64,000 nt of DNA from Octopus sinensis (Eukaryota): the NCBI RefSeq assembly GCF_006345805.1, contig NC_043014.1, forward strand, positions 52,390,001-52,454,000, in the 5' to 3' direction. Within the stretch, counting starts at the first letter, position 1. Every line of letters starts with the position of its first letter. Positions 41,270 to 55,041 of this stretch are shown one piece after another. Below the pieces are notes generated by a model. That model was not told the DNA's origin and searched no databases. It saw only the letters and a list, made by a program, of their open reading frames with translations. A program made the position numbers and the translations under genes.

Positions 41270-41595
41270 AAAGTTTATGGTATGGGAAATATGAATGATT
41301 AGGCAAGTTAAGGTTAATATCTAAAACGTTGGCTTTAGTTATATCCTTGTCAAAAACAATGCTGATGTCCATGGTTCGGAATAATTTCACTAAGCTATAC
41401 TTAACCCTTTGTAATTTTTGGTTAGAAGCATTTTGAGGAGTGGCTGTGTGGTAAGTAGCTTGTTTACCAACCACATAGTTCCGGGTTCAGTCCCACTGCG
41501 TGGCACCTTGGGCAAGTGTCTTCTACTATAGCCTCGGGCCAACCAAAGCCTTGTGAGTGGATTTGGTAGACGGAAACTGAAAGAAGCCTGTCGTA

Positions 41596-41646
<51 letters not shown>

Positions 41647-41990
41647 AGATGTTTGTGTGTCTGTGTTTGTCCCCCTAGCATTGCTTGACAACCGATGCAG
41701 GTGTGTTTATGTCCCCTTAACTTAGCGGTTCGGCAAAAGAGACCGATAGAATAAGTACTGGGCTTACAAAAGAATAAGTCCTGGGGTCGAGTTGCTCGAT
41801 TAAAGGCGGTGCTCCAGCATGGCCGCAGTCAAATGACTGAAACAAGTAACAGAGTAAAGATTAAAGAGTGATTATCACGATAGAGACCGCCATTGATGTT
41901 TGGGAATTGGTCAGCCATCTCATAAAAGCTTTATATACCGACCAAATCAGTGATTTGTGCTGAATCAGAATATAATTCTGCAGTGTAAGG
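41270..41990 (-). pseudogene. Penelope-like reverse transcriptase remnant split by SINE B
   Basis: DSAQITDLVGI...FPNINGGLYRDN (cf. DGAExCELVG...GLYRDD), then KANVLDINLNLPNHSYFPYHK (cf. VNFLDVTLNL...YxPYxK). Confidence 0.75.
41436..41869 (+). mobile_element. SINE B, full length
   Basis: Close match to 9646-10051. Confidence 0.9.
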
Positions 41991-42304
41991 GAGATAGCCA
42001 TTATGTAAGACACTTTTTTCGTTATAAAGGTACATCGATGAGTTTTAAAGATAATTACCCTAATAACAAGGTATGTCCTAGCGAAACAGTTTGGATAATA
42101 ATTCTATATGGTAAGGAGATCAATTCCAACCCCACTTACCAGTTTCGTGAAGCTATACAAAGGAATTTCCTAAGAAATTCTAGATACTATTTGAGTAATA
42201 ATTCACACCGAATCAGGATAGGTTCTCCTAACGCAAAAAATCTTTCACAAATCATCTCTTCTGCATGACAATAAGTTGCTAAATACAAATCCCTTTTTTG
42301 TTGC

Positions 42305-42874
42305 TTCTGTGTTAAATCTGTAGTTCAGTCTTGTAGCCAGCAACTATTGACAAGGTTTATGTTCAGAACTTCTTCGCCTAATGACGTAATGCTATTACAT
42401 TTAATTTTTAGTCTACATGCGATGTAAGCATTTATCTCTTTGTTGTTTACTTGATGTCGTCCAACTGACATGATATGATACGCAAAGATCATCCAGACAG
42501 ATCCTATTCTTTGACGCACACCACGCTGTTCAATACATACATATCTATAAGTTCTTGGAAGTTCTATAAGATCTTGGAAGGTGCGTATATTGACTGGTAC
42601 CTTCCACAGCAACAACAGCTATGACATGATCTGTATTGAAGAGCGTGGTGTGCGTCAAAGAATAGGATCTGTCTTCATGGTCTTTCAGTATCATATCATG
42701 TCAGTTGGACGACATCACCTAAACAGAGAAATGAGTATATCGCATACATACTAAAAGGAAAATGTAATAGCATTACGTCATTAGGCGAAGAAGTTCTGAA
42801 CATATACCTTGTTTATAGTTGCTCCTTGAGAATCGAGTCTGGCGACAAGATTGAACTACGGGTTTAACACAGAA
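42305..42874. repeat. ~570-bp imperfect foldback
   Basis: Arms ~42305-42545 and ~42620-42874 pair along their whole length. Confidence 0.9.
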
Positions 42875-43075
42875 TTCGAAAAAAATTCTTATCATCACAG
42901 CAGAATAATATTTAGGGTTACATTGTAAACTATAGAAATAAACATACATTTAAAAACATTTATCCATAACGTGATCTTTTGCATACAATCGCGTTTGTAA
43001 ATCTTTAAGAAATATTTGTTCATAAGGCTAGATTTGAACCCAGATTACTGGTAAGAAACACAAAGTATAGTAGCA

Positions 43076-43947
43076 CCTATTTCTTTACTACCCACGAGGG
43101 GCTAAACACCGAGAGGACAAAGAAGGACAGACAAATGGATTAAGTCGATTATATCGACCCCAGTGCGTAACTGGTGCTTATTTAATCCTCCCCGAAAGGA
43201 TGAAAGGCAAAGTCGACCTCGGCGGAATTTGAACTCACAACGTAGCGGCAGACGAAATACCTATTTCTTTACTACCCACAAGGGGCTAAACACAGAGAGG
43301 ACAAACAAGGACAGACAAACGGATTAAATCGATTATATTGACCCCAGTGCGTAACTGGTACTTATTTAATCGACCCCGAAAGGATGAAAGGCAAAGTCGA
43401 CCTCGGAGGAATTTGAACTCAGAACGTAGCGGCAGACGAAATACCTATTTCTTTACTGCACACAAGGGGCTAAACATAGAGGGGACAAACAAGGACAGAC
43501 AAATGGATTAACTCGATTATATCGACCCCAGTGCGTACCTGGTACTTATCTAATCGACCCCGAAAGGATGAAAGGCAAAGTCGACCTCGGCGGAATTTGA
43601 ACTTAGGACGTAGCGGCAAACGAAATACGCCTACGCATTTCGCCCGGCGTGCTAACGTGTCTGTCAGCTCGCCGCCTTTGCGACTACGCAAAACCTCATA
43701 CAGCTAGAACGACCCGGAATAAATTCAAGAAGCTTGAGGAAATCTAAGTGATGCCATACGCAGCATATAGTCCAGCCCCCTCAGACTTTTACTTCTGATC
43801 TATGGCTCAATTCCTGCGATGCTTCATCAACAAAGGATGAAGGGCAAAGTCGACCTCGGTGGAATTTGAACTCAGAACGTAGCGGCAGACGAAATAGCGC
43901 AAAGCATTTCGCCCGACGTGCTAACGTTTCTGCCAGCTCGCCGCCAT
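43076..43947 (-). mobile_element. Composite insertion: SINE M head, mariner fragment, and three tandem SINE M units
   Basis: Units at 43076, 43260 and 43444 (period 184). Mariner piece ~43682-43838. 16-bp TSD AAAGTATAGTAG(C/T)ACC at 43062-43077 and 43948-43963. Confidence 0.85.
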
Positions 43948-44850
43948 AAAGTATAGTAGTACCAACGTTGAGCTTTGGGTTCTAAGAGCAAAGTCGTACA
44001 TAAAACATAGGCGAACTCACAAATATTCTCAATCTTTACTCCAAGAATATCGTCTCTCTTAAATTCACTCCCAAAGTTTTTATTTCCGACATGCAACAGC
44101 TTAAATAGTACATTAAATTTATCAAGCTTATCAGTCTCTGAGGGCCCCGTAAAATACATGAACATTGTCGATTCTTTCAGACTAATTCATAAAAATTAAT
44201 TATTTATTTAATTTAATTTGTTTTGTTAACAAGAAACTGAAAATTTGTTGTTTATTTCCAACACATATCATCAGTTTATGTTATAAAATCGTGGCATTTC
44301 CCCAGTATTTTTAAATTGGCTTCAGTCATTAATTATAAATACCATGACTAAATTTAACAATAAACCTCATACAAGACAACTCACAACATATTACTAATAA
44401 TTTAACAAATTATTTCGTTTAGTATTTGGTTTGCAATATTTTTAATGCACAGAAAATTATGTTCTGCTGTTTTATGTTCTGCTGTCTCAAATATTTGTGT
44501 GTCTAACAAAATTACTTGTATTTTCATGAGCAAATAACAGAGAATGTGCGTATACATTCAGCACGCTAGAAATAGCAACCGATTCTCCTTCAACTGCGAC
44601 ACTATTTATTGGATAGGTTTATCCCAAGGTGCCACACAGTGGGACTGAACCCGGAACCATGTGCTTGGTAAGCAAGCTACTTTATTTCATAAATATTTGC
44701 CATGAAGACATTACAAAGAGGGGACGAACAAGAACAGACAAACATAAAAGGTTACTGCCGCGAACTTTTTTGCTGGCTCATACAGCTGGCTCTTTTCTTG
44801 GATTATTTCGACCGACATATTCATTCGAAATAAATGATACACAATTTAAT

Positions 44851-45520
44851 CCCCGAAAACGGGAACCTTATAATTTTTTTTTTCTCTTGACGAGGACAAC
44901 AGTTCAAATCCCACCCCCGCTGGGGGATAGACGTAGCAACAAAGCCTACAACGTTCGAATTTTTTTTTCTTTTTCACACGATAATAAAATATAGAATAAA
45001 AAAAACGGGAAACCTATAATATTTTTTTCCTCACAACGAAGACAACAGTTCAAATCTGGTCCACGCTAGTGACAGATGCCACAATAGAGCCTACAACGGC
45101 TAAAATTTAATTTTTCTCACAACAATAAATTGCTTATCCCCCAAAACGGGAAACCTTTATTTTTTTCCTCACAACGAGGACAATAGATAAAATCTCGCCC
45201 ACGCTAGTGGCGGATGCCACAATAGAACCTACAACGGCTAAACTTTAATTTTTCTCACAACAATAATTGCTTATCCCCCAAAACGGGAACCTTATTTTTT
45301 CCTCACAACGAGGACAATAGATAAAATCTCGCCCACGCTAGTGGCGGATGCCACAATAGAACCTACAACGGCTAAACTTTAATTTTTCTCACAACAATAA
45401 ATTGCTTATCCCCCAAAACGGAAAACCTACAATAATTGTTCCTCTTAATAAGGATAATAGTTCAAATGCAACCCCCGCTGGGTGGGGGGCACGAAAATAA
45501 ACCCTACCACGGCTTTAATA
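44851..45520. repeat. ~135-146-bp tandem repeat, ~5 copies
   Basis: AAAACGGG anchors at 44856, 45002, 45143, 45280 and 45415. Confidence 0.9.
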
Positions 45521-45963
45521 AGTTCAATGTTAATAATTTCAATATTTCAACAATTACTTTCTCCCGTCACCGGGAAAAAGCACAAAAATTTTCAAAGTTC
45601 AACAATGTTTAACATTTCGAAAATATTCAACAATAGACAACAATTCCAATAGAAAAAACTTATCCACCTGCAACAAAACGTTTGACTCACCGCCAAAACA
45701 AAAAGACGACTTTATTTTATCGAATTTGTCATAAAGACAGTACATAGAGTATGGTAGCTTGCAGGCTGGACAAGGACATTAATGAGGTGAATGATAATGA
45801 TACAAGGATGATAAGGATGGGAGAAGACAAAAAGCGCCCGCCGACTTTTGCTTCTCTAAAACATTGTTTTTTTGTTTTTTTTAAATATTGAGATATTAAA
45901 CCTCTTACAATATTGTTACACTTTTATGGGCAAAAATGTCCATTACAATTGAAAACAGTTACA

Positions 45964-46498
45964 TCAATGATTCTTTAATATACTTTTTAGCCTACTGCAG
46001 GCATCCCAGCAACCGCAAGTTGGGGTCCTTTACACATGATCTATACTCTTCTTTTGAGAAGAAGTCCATTATGTGATAAAGGTTCCTTTCTTCCAGTACC
46101 CGAGCAGCCACCTGCGGAGGCCTCTCTGGAAGACAAGTCGAGTCTATTAGGTTCCGAGTATCAAAGAACTTTCTATATAGTTCTCTACAGCCCCTCCCCT
46201 GACATAGAAGATGATATGTTCTTCAACATTTCCACTGGGAGGGGCCTTCTTCTTCCCCACCTACGGTGGCTCACGTTCCACCGAAGGGGTTTCAGAATAT
46301 GCCGCCGGTGCACCAGCAACCGCCGGCGATGCCCTGTTTTTTATTTCTTTTCTTTTTTTCCCGTTTTTCGCGTCGAGAGGGTGAGGTTCCACCGGGTTGT
46401 CCGCAGGTCCCTCCTTGCCTCCCGCCGCCACGAGATCCATCGGGTCGATTACTTCGATTAAAATTCTGGAAGGTGGTGTCCTAGCATGGTATTTACTG
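45964..46498 (-). pseudogene. GC-rich decayed coding-like segment of unknown origin
   Basis: One frame reads PMDLVAAGGKEGP...KNGKKRKEIK...PTCGCWDAC with several stops. Preceded by a pyrimidine tract and CAG. Confidence 0.3.
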
Positions 46499-46944
46499 AA
46501 AGAAATAAACATAAAGAGAAAAAAGACGGGATGTTCAGTCTTTAGATGAAGGTTTGAACAAAACAGGGGAAAAACATGAACATTGTATAGCATTCCAAAG
46601 CATTTTCGTCCCACAACTGGACCCAGGAAGATACTACAGCAGCTGCAACAGATCCTCTGCGTCTGACTGTCTGTGGATATCGATTATACTATGCACACTG
46701 AACGTACACGGGTCGAAGGGTTAGCAAAATATGTAGTGTAGGGGGTAGAGGCGACAGCAGGTCTTTTATTCCTTAGGTATAAAGCTCAGCAACGATCTAA
46801 TGAAGAAGCGTACAATAGAAATATTTCAATCTAGAATGATGGTAAGGAAAACATCATTTTTTAATGAGAAAATTGACCTTGATACTGTTCGCAAAACAGG
46901 TTTTAAATGATCTGATTGAAAAGTGTGCATCTAAGTATTGGTAT

Positions 46945-47068
46945 AGATGTGGCTAAGAAGTTTGGTTCTCAGCTACATAGTTCCGCGGTTCATCGCACTG
47001 CGTGTCTTTTAGTATAACCTCGAAGCGATCAGAGCTTTGTGAGTGATGGAAAGTGAAAGAATTCCGTC

Positions 47069-47128
<60 letters not shown>

Positions 47129-47395
47129 GTACATTTAATATTTGTTGTGCATGCGCAAATGAAGACATACAATAGAAATACAAAATGGCTGACGGTTAGT
47201 AAGGAGAGACACAAATAAGAAAGAACAAAACAAAGGACCACTGATGCGGTCACAGGAGTGTGACGAAAGAACACCGGCCGAAATAGGATTAAGATTAATG
47301 TAAAAAAAATAAATAACACTGAAGCAAAATAACACCAAATATATAGTGCGTGTGTTTTTATTGGCTAAACTGGCAAAATGACCATTCCGAAATAT

Positions 47396-47454
<59 letters not shown>

Positions 47455-47728
47455 GTGTATGTGTGTGCATGAGTATGAGTGTGTGAGAGAGAGAGTGGGT
47501 GTTTGTTTTTGTTCCTCACCACCACTTTAAAACCGGTGTTGGTGTGTTTACTTCCCCGTGACTTAGCGGTTCGGTAAAAGTATCCAGGAGAATAAGTAGC
47601 GGGATTTTAAAAGAAAAAAAGTAATCACTGTGGTCGTTTTATTCGATTAACAGATTCTCAAGGTGGTGCTCGAGCATGGCCGTTGTCTAATGACTGCAAC
47701 AAGTAAACGAAAACAAAAAAGACAGAGT
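46945..47728 (+). mobile_element. Old SINE B with a ~270-bp insert (47128-47400) inside its internal (TA)n
   Basis: SINE halves lie on both sides. The end of the insert recurs at ~52815-52862. Confidence 0.7.
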
Positions 47729-48121
47729 AGGAATCCATAATCAACAAATATAGCTCTGGTCGCGGAGATATATCCCAGTTCTTCAATTCTTGCTAAAGGG
47801 GGTTAGATCGAAGGAAATACTATTTTCCTCGTGACGGATGAACGAAAAGTATATATCCTATCCATCATTCATGTCTGCTCCAGGCTGTTCACTCGACTGT
47901 CATATATAAAATACCCTCACCTTGATTACCAATGCAATCTTTGTCTCAAAAAAAAAAAATTGACATTTCTAAATGATATACAGGCTATTTTTTTTGTATT
48001 TTTGTTTTTTTTTTTTGTTTTTCAATTACAGTTTGTATTTCAGCCTCATTGTGCAATATTACAAATGCGTTAAGGCGATAACGAATAACGCGCTGAAGGG
48101 AAACGAGAGAAAGAGGGAGGA

Positions 48122-48158
<37 letters not shown>

Positions 48159-48294
48159 TGTCCTGTGGAGGAAAAAAATGGCGTGGCTTAAATTAATCGA
48201 TAAAAAAACCCCTGATGAATAGCTTTCTTCTTTAGACATGCTTTCATGCATTCTCACTTTGACGCTGATTTCCCTTCCTCTCTCTGACATCTCA

Positions 48295-48323
48295 TGTATA
48301 TACATATACATACATACATGTAT

Positions 48324-48388
<65 letters not shown>

Positions 48389-48534
48389 CGTGTGTGTGTG
48401 TGTGTGTGCGTGCGTATACATTTATGTATATATATATATATGTTTGTATATATATATGTATATATATATATATGGATATATATATGTATATTATATATAT
48501 GTATATATATGTGTATATATATATATATGTATAT

Positions 48535-48568
<34 letters not shown>

Positions 48569-48949
48569 AATATATATGTATATAAATATATATGTATATA
48601 TAATGTATGTATATATATGTATATATATTATGTATATATATGTATATATATGCATATAAATATATATGTATGTATATATGTATATAATATGTATATATAT
48701 ATATGTATATATGTATATATATATGTATTATATATATATATATATGTTATATATATATGTATATATTTAAATATATATGTATATAAGTATATATATATAT
48801 ATGTGTGTATATATACATATATATGTATATATATATAAATATATATATAGATATATATATATATATAATATATATATATGTATATATATGTATATATATT
48901 GTATATATATATGTATATATATATGTATATATATATGTATATATATATG

Positions 48950-48982
<33 letters not shown>

Positions 48983-49365
48983 GTATATATATATGTATAT
49001 ATATATGTATATATATATGTATATATATGTATATATATATGTATATATATAGTATGTATATATATAATATGTATATATATATATGTATATATATATATAT
49101 GTATATATATATGTATATATATATGTATATATATATATATGTATATATTATGTATATATATATGTTATATATATGTATGTATATATTATGTATATATATA
49201 GTATGTATATATATATGTATATATATATGTATGTATATATATATATATATAATGTATGTATATATATATGTATATATATATATATGTATATATATGTATA
49301 TATATATATATCTATATATATATGTATATATATATATGTATATATATATGTTATATATATGTATG

Positions 49366-49396
<31 letters not shown>

Positions 49397-49454
49397 GTAT
49401 ATATATATATGTATATAAGTATATATGTATGTGTGTATATATCTATATACATAC

Positions 49455-49504
<50 letters not shown>

Positions 49505-49505
49505 A
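48295..49505. repeat. Compound (TA)n/(TATG)n microsatellite
   Basis: Direct inspection. Confidence 0.95.
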
Positions 49506-51261
49506 CGGCTTGTTCACATTTTGAGCAAGACTCAAATTATAATAATTATTATCTGTCCAACGCATTGTGTACTCCTTCCTTCACTCTCTATATGAAGGTT
49601 CCATATGCATATAAACCACCAGTATATAGGTTTGTGTTTTTTGTATATATATATATACATATACCTGTGTGTATGTGTGCATGTATGTGCATATGTGCAT
49701 GTATAGACTATAAGTATAGATACACACATATATAGGTGTGTGTGTATCTGTGTAAAAACTGCATATATATATGTGCGTGTGTGTGTATGTACAGACTCAC
49801 TCACACGTGCTTGCCATAGCTGCGTAAGTGAATGTGAGTATGTATACAGCCATGTGCATCTGCGTACAGAGTGATGTCGACGTATTGTGTTGGCGGTGCT
49901 TACGTAGGAGGAAACGAGACGGCAGAAGACGAAGAGAGGAAAGAACACGAAAATAAAAATAATAATAATAATAATAATAATAGTAAGATACGAAAGATAA
50001 AAAAGAAAAGAAAAAATAGTCTCATTTATTTTATATGAAAACACGTTTTACGTGAAAGTCCCCTTCTCTCCTGAATTGTAATTTTCCCAACCATATCACT
50101 TATCATTTCAGGAAACATCAGATGTTGAATTGCTATCTCAGTAAACTGTTATATACCTCAGCAGCAAACTATATGTGCTTGAATACATTACAAGTTTGAG
50201 TGTCTGCTGCTTTAACAAGCATTCTAAACGAAATGCAATGAAGCCAGATCACTTTTCTCCCCATTCCCATATTCTACGTTTATGTGCAAAACTCGAGAAC
50301 GAAATAAAATATAAAATAAAACAGAAGCCGCTTTAGTATTGGCCCTTTTTTTATTCCTATCATTTTAGCGACTCTTTCCGCATCATGTAGCGACTTTGAT
50401 GTTGGGAATTTGTATTTTATTCAAAGAGAGAGATGGGCTTATTTGTATTCATGATGTATTGATACACTTTTATCTTTAAAGCTACTATCATAAATATGGC
50501 TCTATATAAAGTTGACATTAATGGTAGCATGTCTATAAAAGGGAGGGGGGAAAATAGAATAAAAAAACTACACCCAATGGAATATTAGGCTGCTACGCAT
50601 CTTCGTTTCGTTGGATATAACGTATATTCCTATAATGCGTTCTATTCAGATGGAAAACGCGGTATGCACATTGGGGCTGTTGACAGTGGAATGTCTCGTT
50701 GACTTTAATCTTTCATCTTAAATCTAGCAAGTCAGCTACATAACATATGGTAAGAATAAATCTATTTCAGAATTCTTACACTTTTGCATTAGGCATAAAA
50801 GAAGGGAAAATATCTAATAGGATTTCAAAAATATGAATCCGAAATTCTCTCCATTCTAAGATAGGTTTTATATCGTGATATTATTTATTACTAAACTGCG
50901 ACCTTATTTGCATAGTAAATATGGAAATTTTGATACCTTAACTAGTTTCATCCAGACGCTGCGATCATGCTGGAGCGCCGTCTTGCTGGGAATATTGGTT
51001 TATGATATTTCATTACCACATGTCTCAGTTAGTGTTAAAGACTACTGAATCGGAGATATGGACATCGCTACCGTCATTTGCATTCCTTGGTCTGATGTCG
51101 GATTCTCTAGTATGCAAATATGTATGTGTTAGTGCTTGATGTTTCTAAGCATTATCATCTATATGCATGCATTCATTTCTTTGTGCTTGTGTAATACAAT
51201 TACACGTATATATGTATGTATAATTCTATATATATTTTCAGACGCATATACACACATATAG

Positions 51262-51452
51262 TTACATCGTTAGCCACTACACACATTTTTCTCTCCTTGT
51301 TTCTCTCCTTGATTTTTCTGTGTTCCTTTCTGTAGAAGAACGTAGGCTCGAAACGTAAAAGACTTTTTCTATTCCTGAGCGTTATACTAATACATCTGTA
51401 TGTTTTTTGTACACCACCTGTCTTCGCCTTTTGCTTTTTCGTAAACTCTCCC
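51262..51452 (+). mobile_element. Family H copy
   Basis: Motif CTTTCTGTAGAAGAACGTAGGCTCGAAACGTAAAAG at 51326-51361. Ends in (TA)n. Confidence 0.75.
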
Positions 51453-51924
51453 TATATATATATATATATATATATACATATATATAGGGGTAAATATCTT
51501 GATTTGCCTATAATCGAATTGAGTCGTCGATTTACTTGCGCGTGTGCACTAGTAAAACCTATTACTGGCACACGGATACATGTATATGGGAGTATATGTG
51601 AGAATATATCTCTACTTTTACCTACTCTATAGAGTTATGCGTTCATGTATGTGTATATATATTTGTATATATATTTGTATATATTTATATATGTATATGT
51701 ATATACATATCAATTATGCTCATGTGTCTGCATGTGGATATGTGCATGCGTTCTCTCCCTGTCTCTGTACATATACATGTATATGTATCTATATACATAT
51801 GTACACGTGACATGCCATTATCTTTAAGTATCTGTCTATCTGTATCCTTATGTTTGTATGTATATATATGTATGTTTATATATCTTTCTATATATATATA
51901 TATATATAATATATATATATATAT

Positions 51925-52124
51925 ACCCTTGTAGACCTATGTCTATATGTTCTCTGTACTATTTGATCGTAAGCGTATCATTATATATTCTTTCATACTG
52001 GTATGTGTATAAAGTTGTTTTAATCTTACGCGTGTGTACTGTTTATATGTGGTTGTGAATTTTATATATGTATGAAAGTATGTATGTATGTATGTATATA
52101 TATATGTATGTATATATATATATA

Positions 52125-52182
<58 letters not shown>

Positions 52183-52366
52183 CCCTTGTAGACCTATGTC
52201 TATATGTTCTCTGTACTATTTGATCGTAAGCGTATCATATATATTCTTTCATACTGGTATGTGTATAAAGTTGTTTTAATCTTACGCGTGTGTACTGTTA
52301 TATGTGGTTGTGAATTTTATATATGTATGAAAGTATGTATGTATGTATGTATATATATATGTATGT

Positions 52367-52400
<34 letters not shown>
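51925..52400. repeat. 257-bp tandem duplication bounded by TA repeats
   Basis: ACCCTTGTAGACC starts at 51925 and 52182. Confidence 0.9.
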
Positions 52401-52444
<44 letters not shown>

Positions 52445-53643
52445 TGTGTGTATATATGTGTGTACATGTGTAGTATGTATGTATATCCATATATATATAT
52501 ATATATATGTGTATATGTACATACACATGCATTTTACTGTGTATATATGATATGAAATTTATTTCGTAATAAAAACTGGTAACTGTACCCGTCCATACAT
52601 TCTTTGCTTATAAGTAATCTCCTGCAATTCCAATTGTTAGATTTTCAGATCTAAAAAAATGCCCCTTCAGTACTTGGATACCTTTCACATACGTACAGAC
52701 GTATTTCTGTATATGATTATATATAATAAATCATAGGTAACTGTTTGATTATGATCTCCCCTATAGTATTCATATAATACTTTTTATATATTACGTTTAT
52801 ATATTTTTATATATATTTTATTGGCTAAACTGGCAACATGACCATTCCTAAATACAACAATATTTTTTATAAAATTTTTAAAATTAATTATTTTATATAT
52901 AGATATTTTTAGCAACCTGGATTTATAACTATTTTTACAACTATTTTTATATTGTATTTTTTATTCAAATGTTTATAATATATTTAAAAGATTTCTAAAT
53001 ATGATTTTTATATATATTTTACCATAATGATTATTTGTTTTTTTTATAACATACTAATGTATCTTTATAACTACATCGCCACTATAAATTCAGACATATG
53101 TATGTAAAGCATTTAGTTACATGTGTGTACATGGGTACGGGTGATCAGTGTACAAGGGTATCTTTTGGTCACTGTCTTGTATAGGGTGCATATGTGCATT
53201 ATCGTATGCTTCGATGCCTGTTTACTTTTTTGTTCATAATTGTCAGTGTATACATTGCATATCTGTATATACGCAAATATATGCATATGATTTTTGTTTT
53301 ACTTGTACAAAACTCCTGGTATTTATATATGCATATTTAGTTGCACCGGTATCAACATGCACAATCCTTTACATGTATAACCATATATGACACATGAAAC
53401 AAAAAATTGTGAGCAACCCTAACCAGATATATATTATACCAATATTTCTAATTTTCCCAATATCCTAGCAGATACAATCTAGACCGTTTCCACCTTATTA
53501 CCTCCCCTACACTAGTCACCTTTCGATAATATTTACTATTCTAAAATTATTCTCTAATATTTTCGATGTATTGTTTTCTATGTACCATTCCATAGATGTT
53601 TTATCCTTTTAGCAGCGAACATTATAAACAATATACCCACTAA

Positions 53644-53847
53644 TTCTCTATTCTTTTATTCTTTTACTTGTTTCAGGCATTTGACTGCAGCGATGCTGGA
53701 GCACCGCCTTTAGTCGAGCAAATCGACGCCAGAACTTATTCTATCGTGCTCTTTTGCCCACCCAGGAACGTAAACACACCAGTATCGGTTGTCAAGCGAT
53801 GTTGGGGGACAAACACAGACACACAAACATATACACATACACACACA

Positions 53848-53915
<68 letters not shown>

Positions 53916-54091
53916 GTAATATATATACGACGGGCTTCTTTCAGTTTTCGTCAATCAAATCCACTCACAAAGCATTGATCGGCCCAAGGCTATAGTAAAA
54001 GACACTTGCCCAAGATGCCACGTAGTGGGAATGAACCCGGAACCATGTGGTCGGTAAACAGGCTACTTAACACACAGCCACTCCTGCACCT
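53644..54091 (-). mobile_element. SINE B
   Basis: Match to 9646-10051. Confidence 0.9.
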
Positions 54092-54623
54092 ATATTCATA
54101 AATTTATTTTTTTATAATTTTCTGATATTGCCATATTAATCACCTAGTAATATCTAATTTTAGCTGCTTTAGTTATTTTCTGTTAATTATTTCCTTCTAT
54201 ATTTCTGACATATTATTGACAAAATCATTCTATTATAAATTTTAAATACTCCTAACCAATTATGAGGGCTCTTAAACATTTTCCCTAATCTATAAAAAAA
54301 GCCGAAATGAATATTAACGGTCCAATATAAATTTCAATCTCCTGTATTTAAAAATTCCATAGTCCCTTATTTGGATTTTCAAACCCGCTTGCTTCTTACT
54401 TCTTATATGAAGTTTAAAACTAAGTCAAATACACTAAGCTATAGAGAGAACATTAACTATACTTCCAAGTTATATATGTCATCACTTAACTGTTATCCGT
54501 CAGTCGTGTTTTAAATAGACATGACCCCTACAACAATTACATTAAAAAAAAATTAGTAAGAACATAATATGTATGTCTAAAGTCCACTTCCTTCTTTATT
54601 AAGTTCTTGCTTTTTGCTGATCG

Positions 54624-54703
54624 TGCTACTGAGGAGTAGTCTTTGACAACTCAGTTTCTTAAAACGAATTTATTGTCTTTCTGTGCGAAACGATCGTCTG
54701 GCG
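54624..54703 (+). ncRNA. Type I hammerhead ribozyme motif
   Basis: UGCUA-CUGAGGA-GUA...UGC-GAAAC-GAUC-GUC^UGGCG. Palindromic stem III ACGAUCGU, GUC triplet, 5-bp stem I. Confidence 0.7.
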
Positions 54704-54982
54704 AATTGAAAGAATATTTCTCCCTGTATTAACATCCAATCTCGTCCATTTATGAAAAATATTATTGAATTTGTCGAACCTCGTTGTATAACATAAATCA
54801 TATACTTGTGTGTGCGTGCGTATGTGTGTATATATATATGTGTGTGTGTGTGTTACTTACGTGTACTTAGGAAACGCCACAGGGATGCCCATTTAAATAT
54901 TGCATGCGTTGCATACATTTCATAGATTTATGTGTATCTTAATATTCATATATTAATATTTCTACTTATACATGTGTGTATA

Positions 54983-55041
<59 letters not shown>

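Noticed and set aside
51925-52400. 257-bp tandem duplication as a functional unit
   Set aside because: The non-microsatellite parts differ only by single-base indels and are bounded by TA runs. Likely slippage or an assembly artefact.
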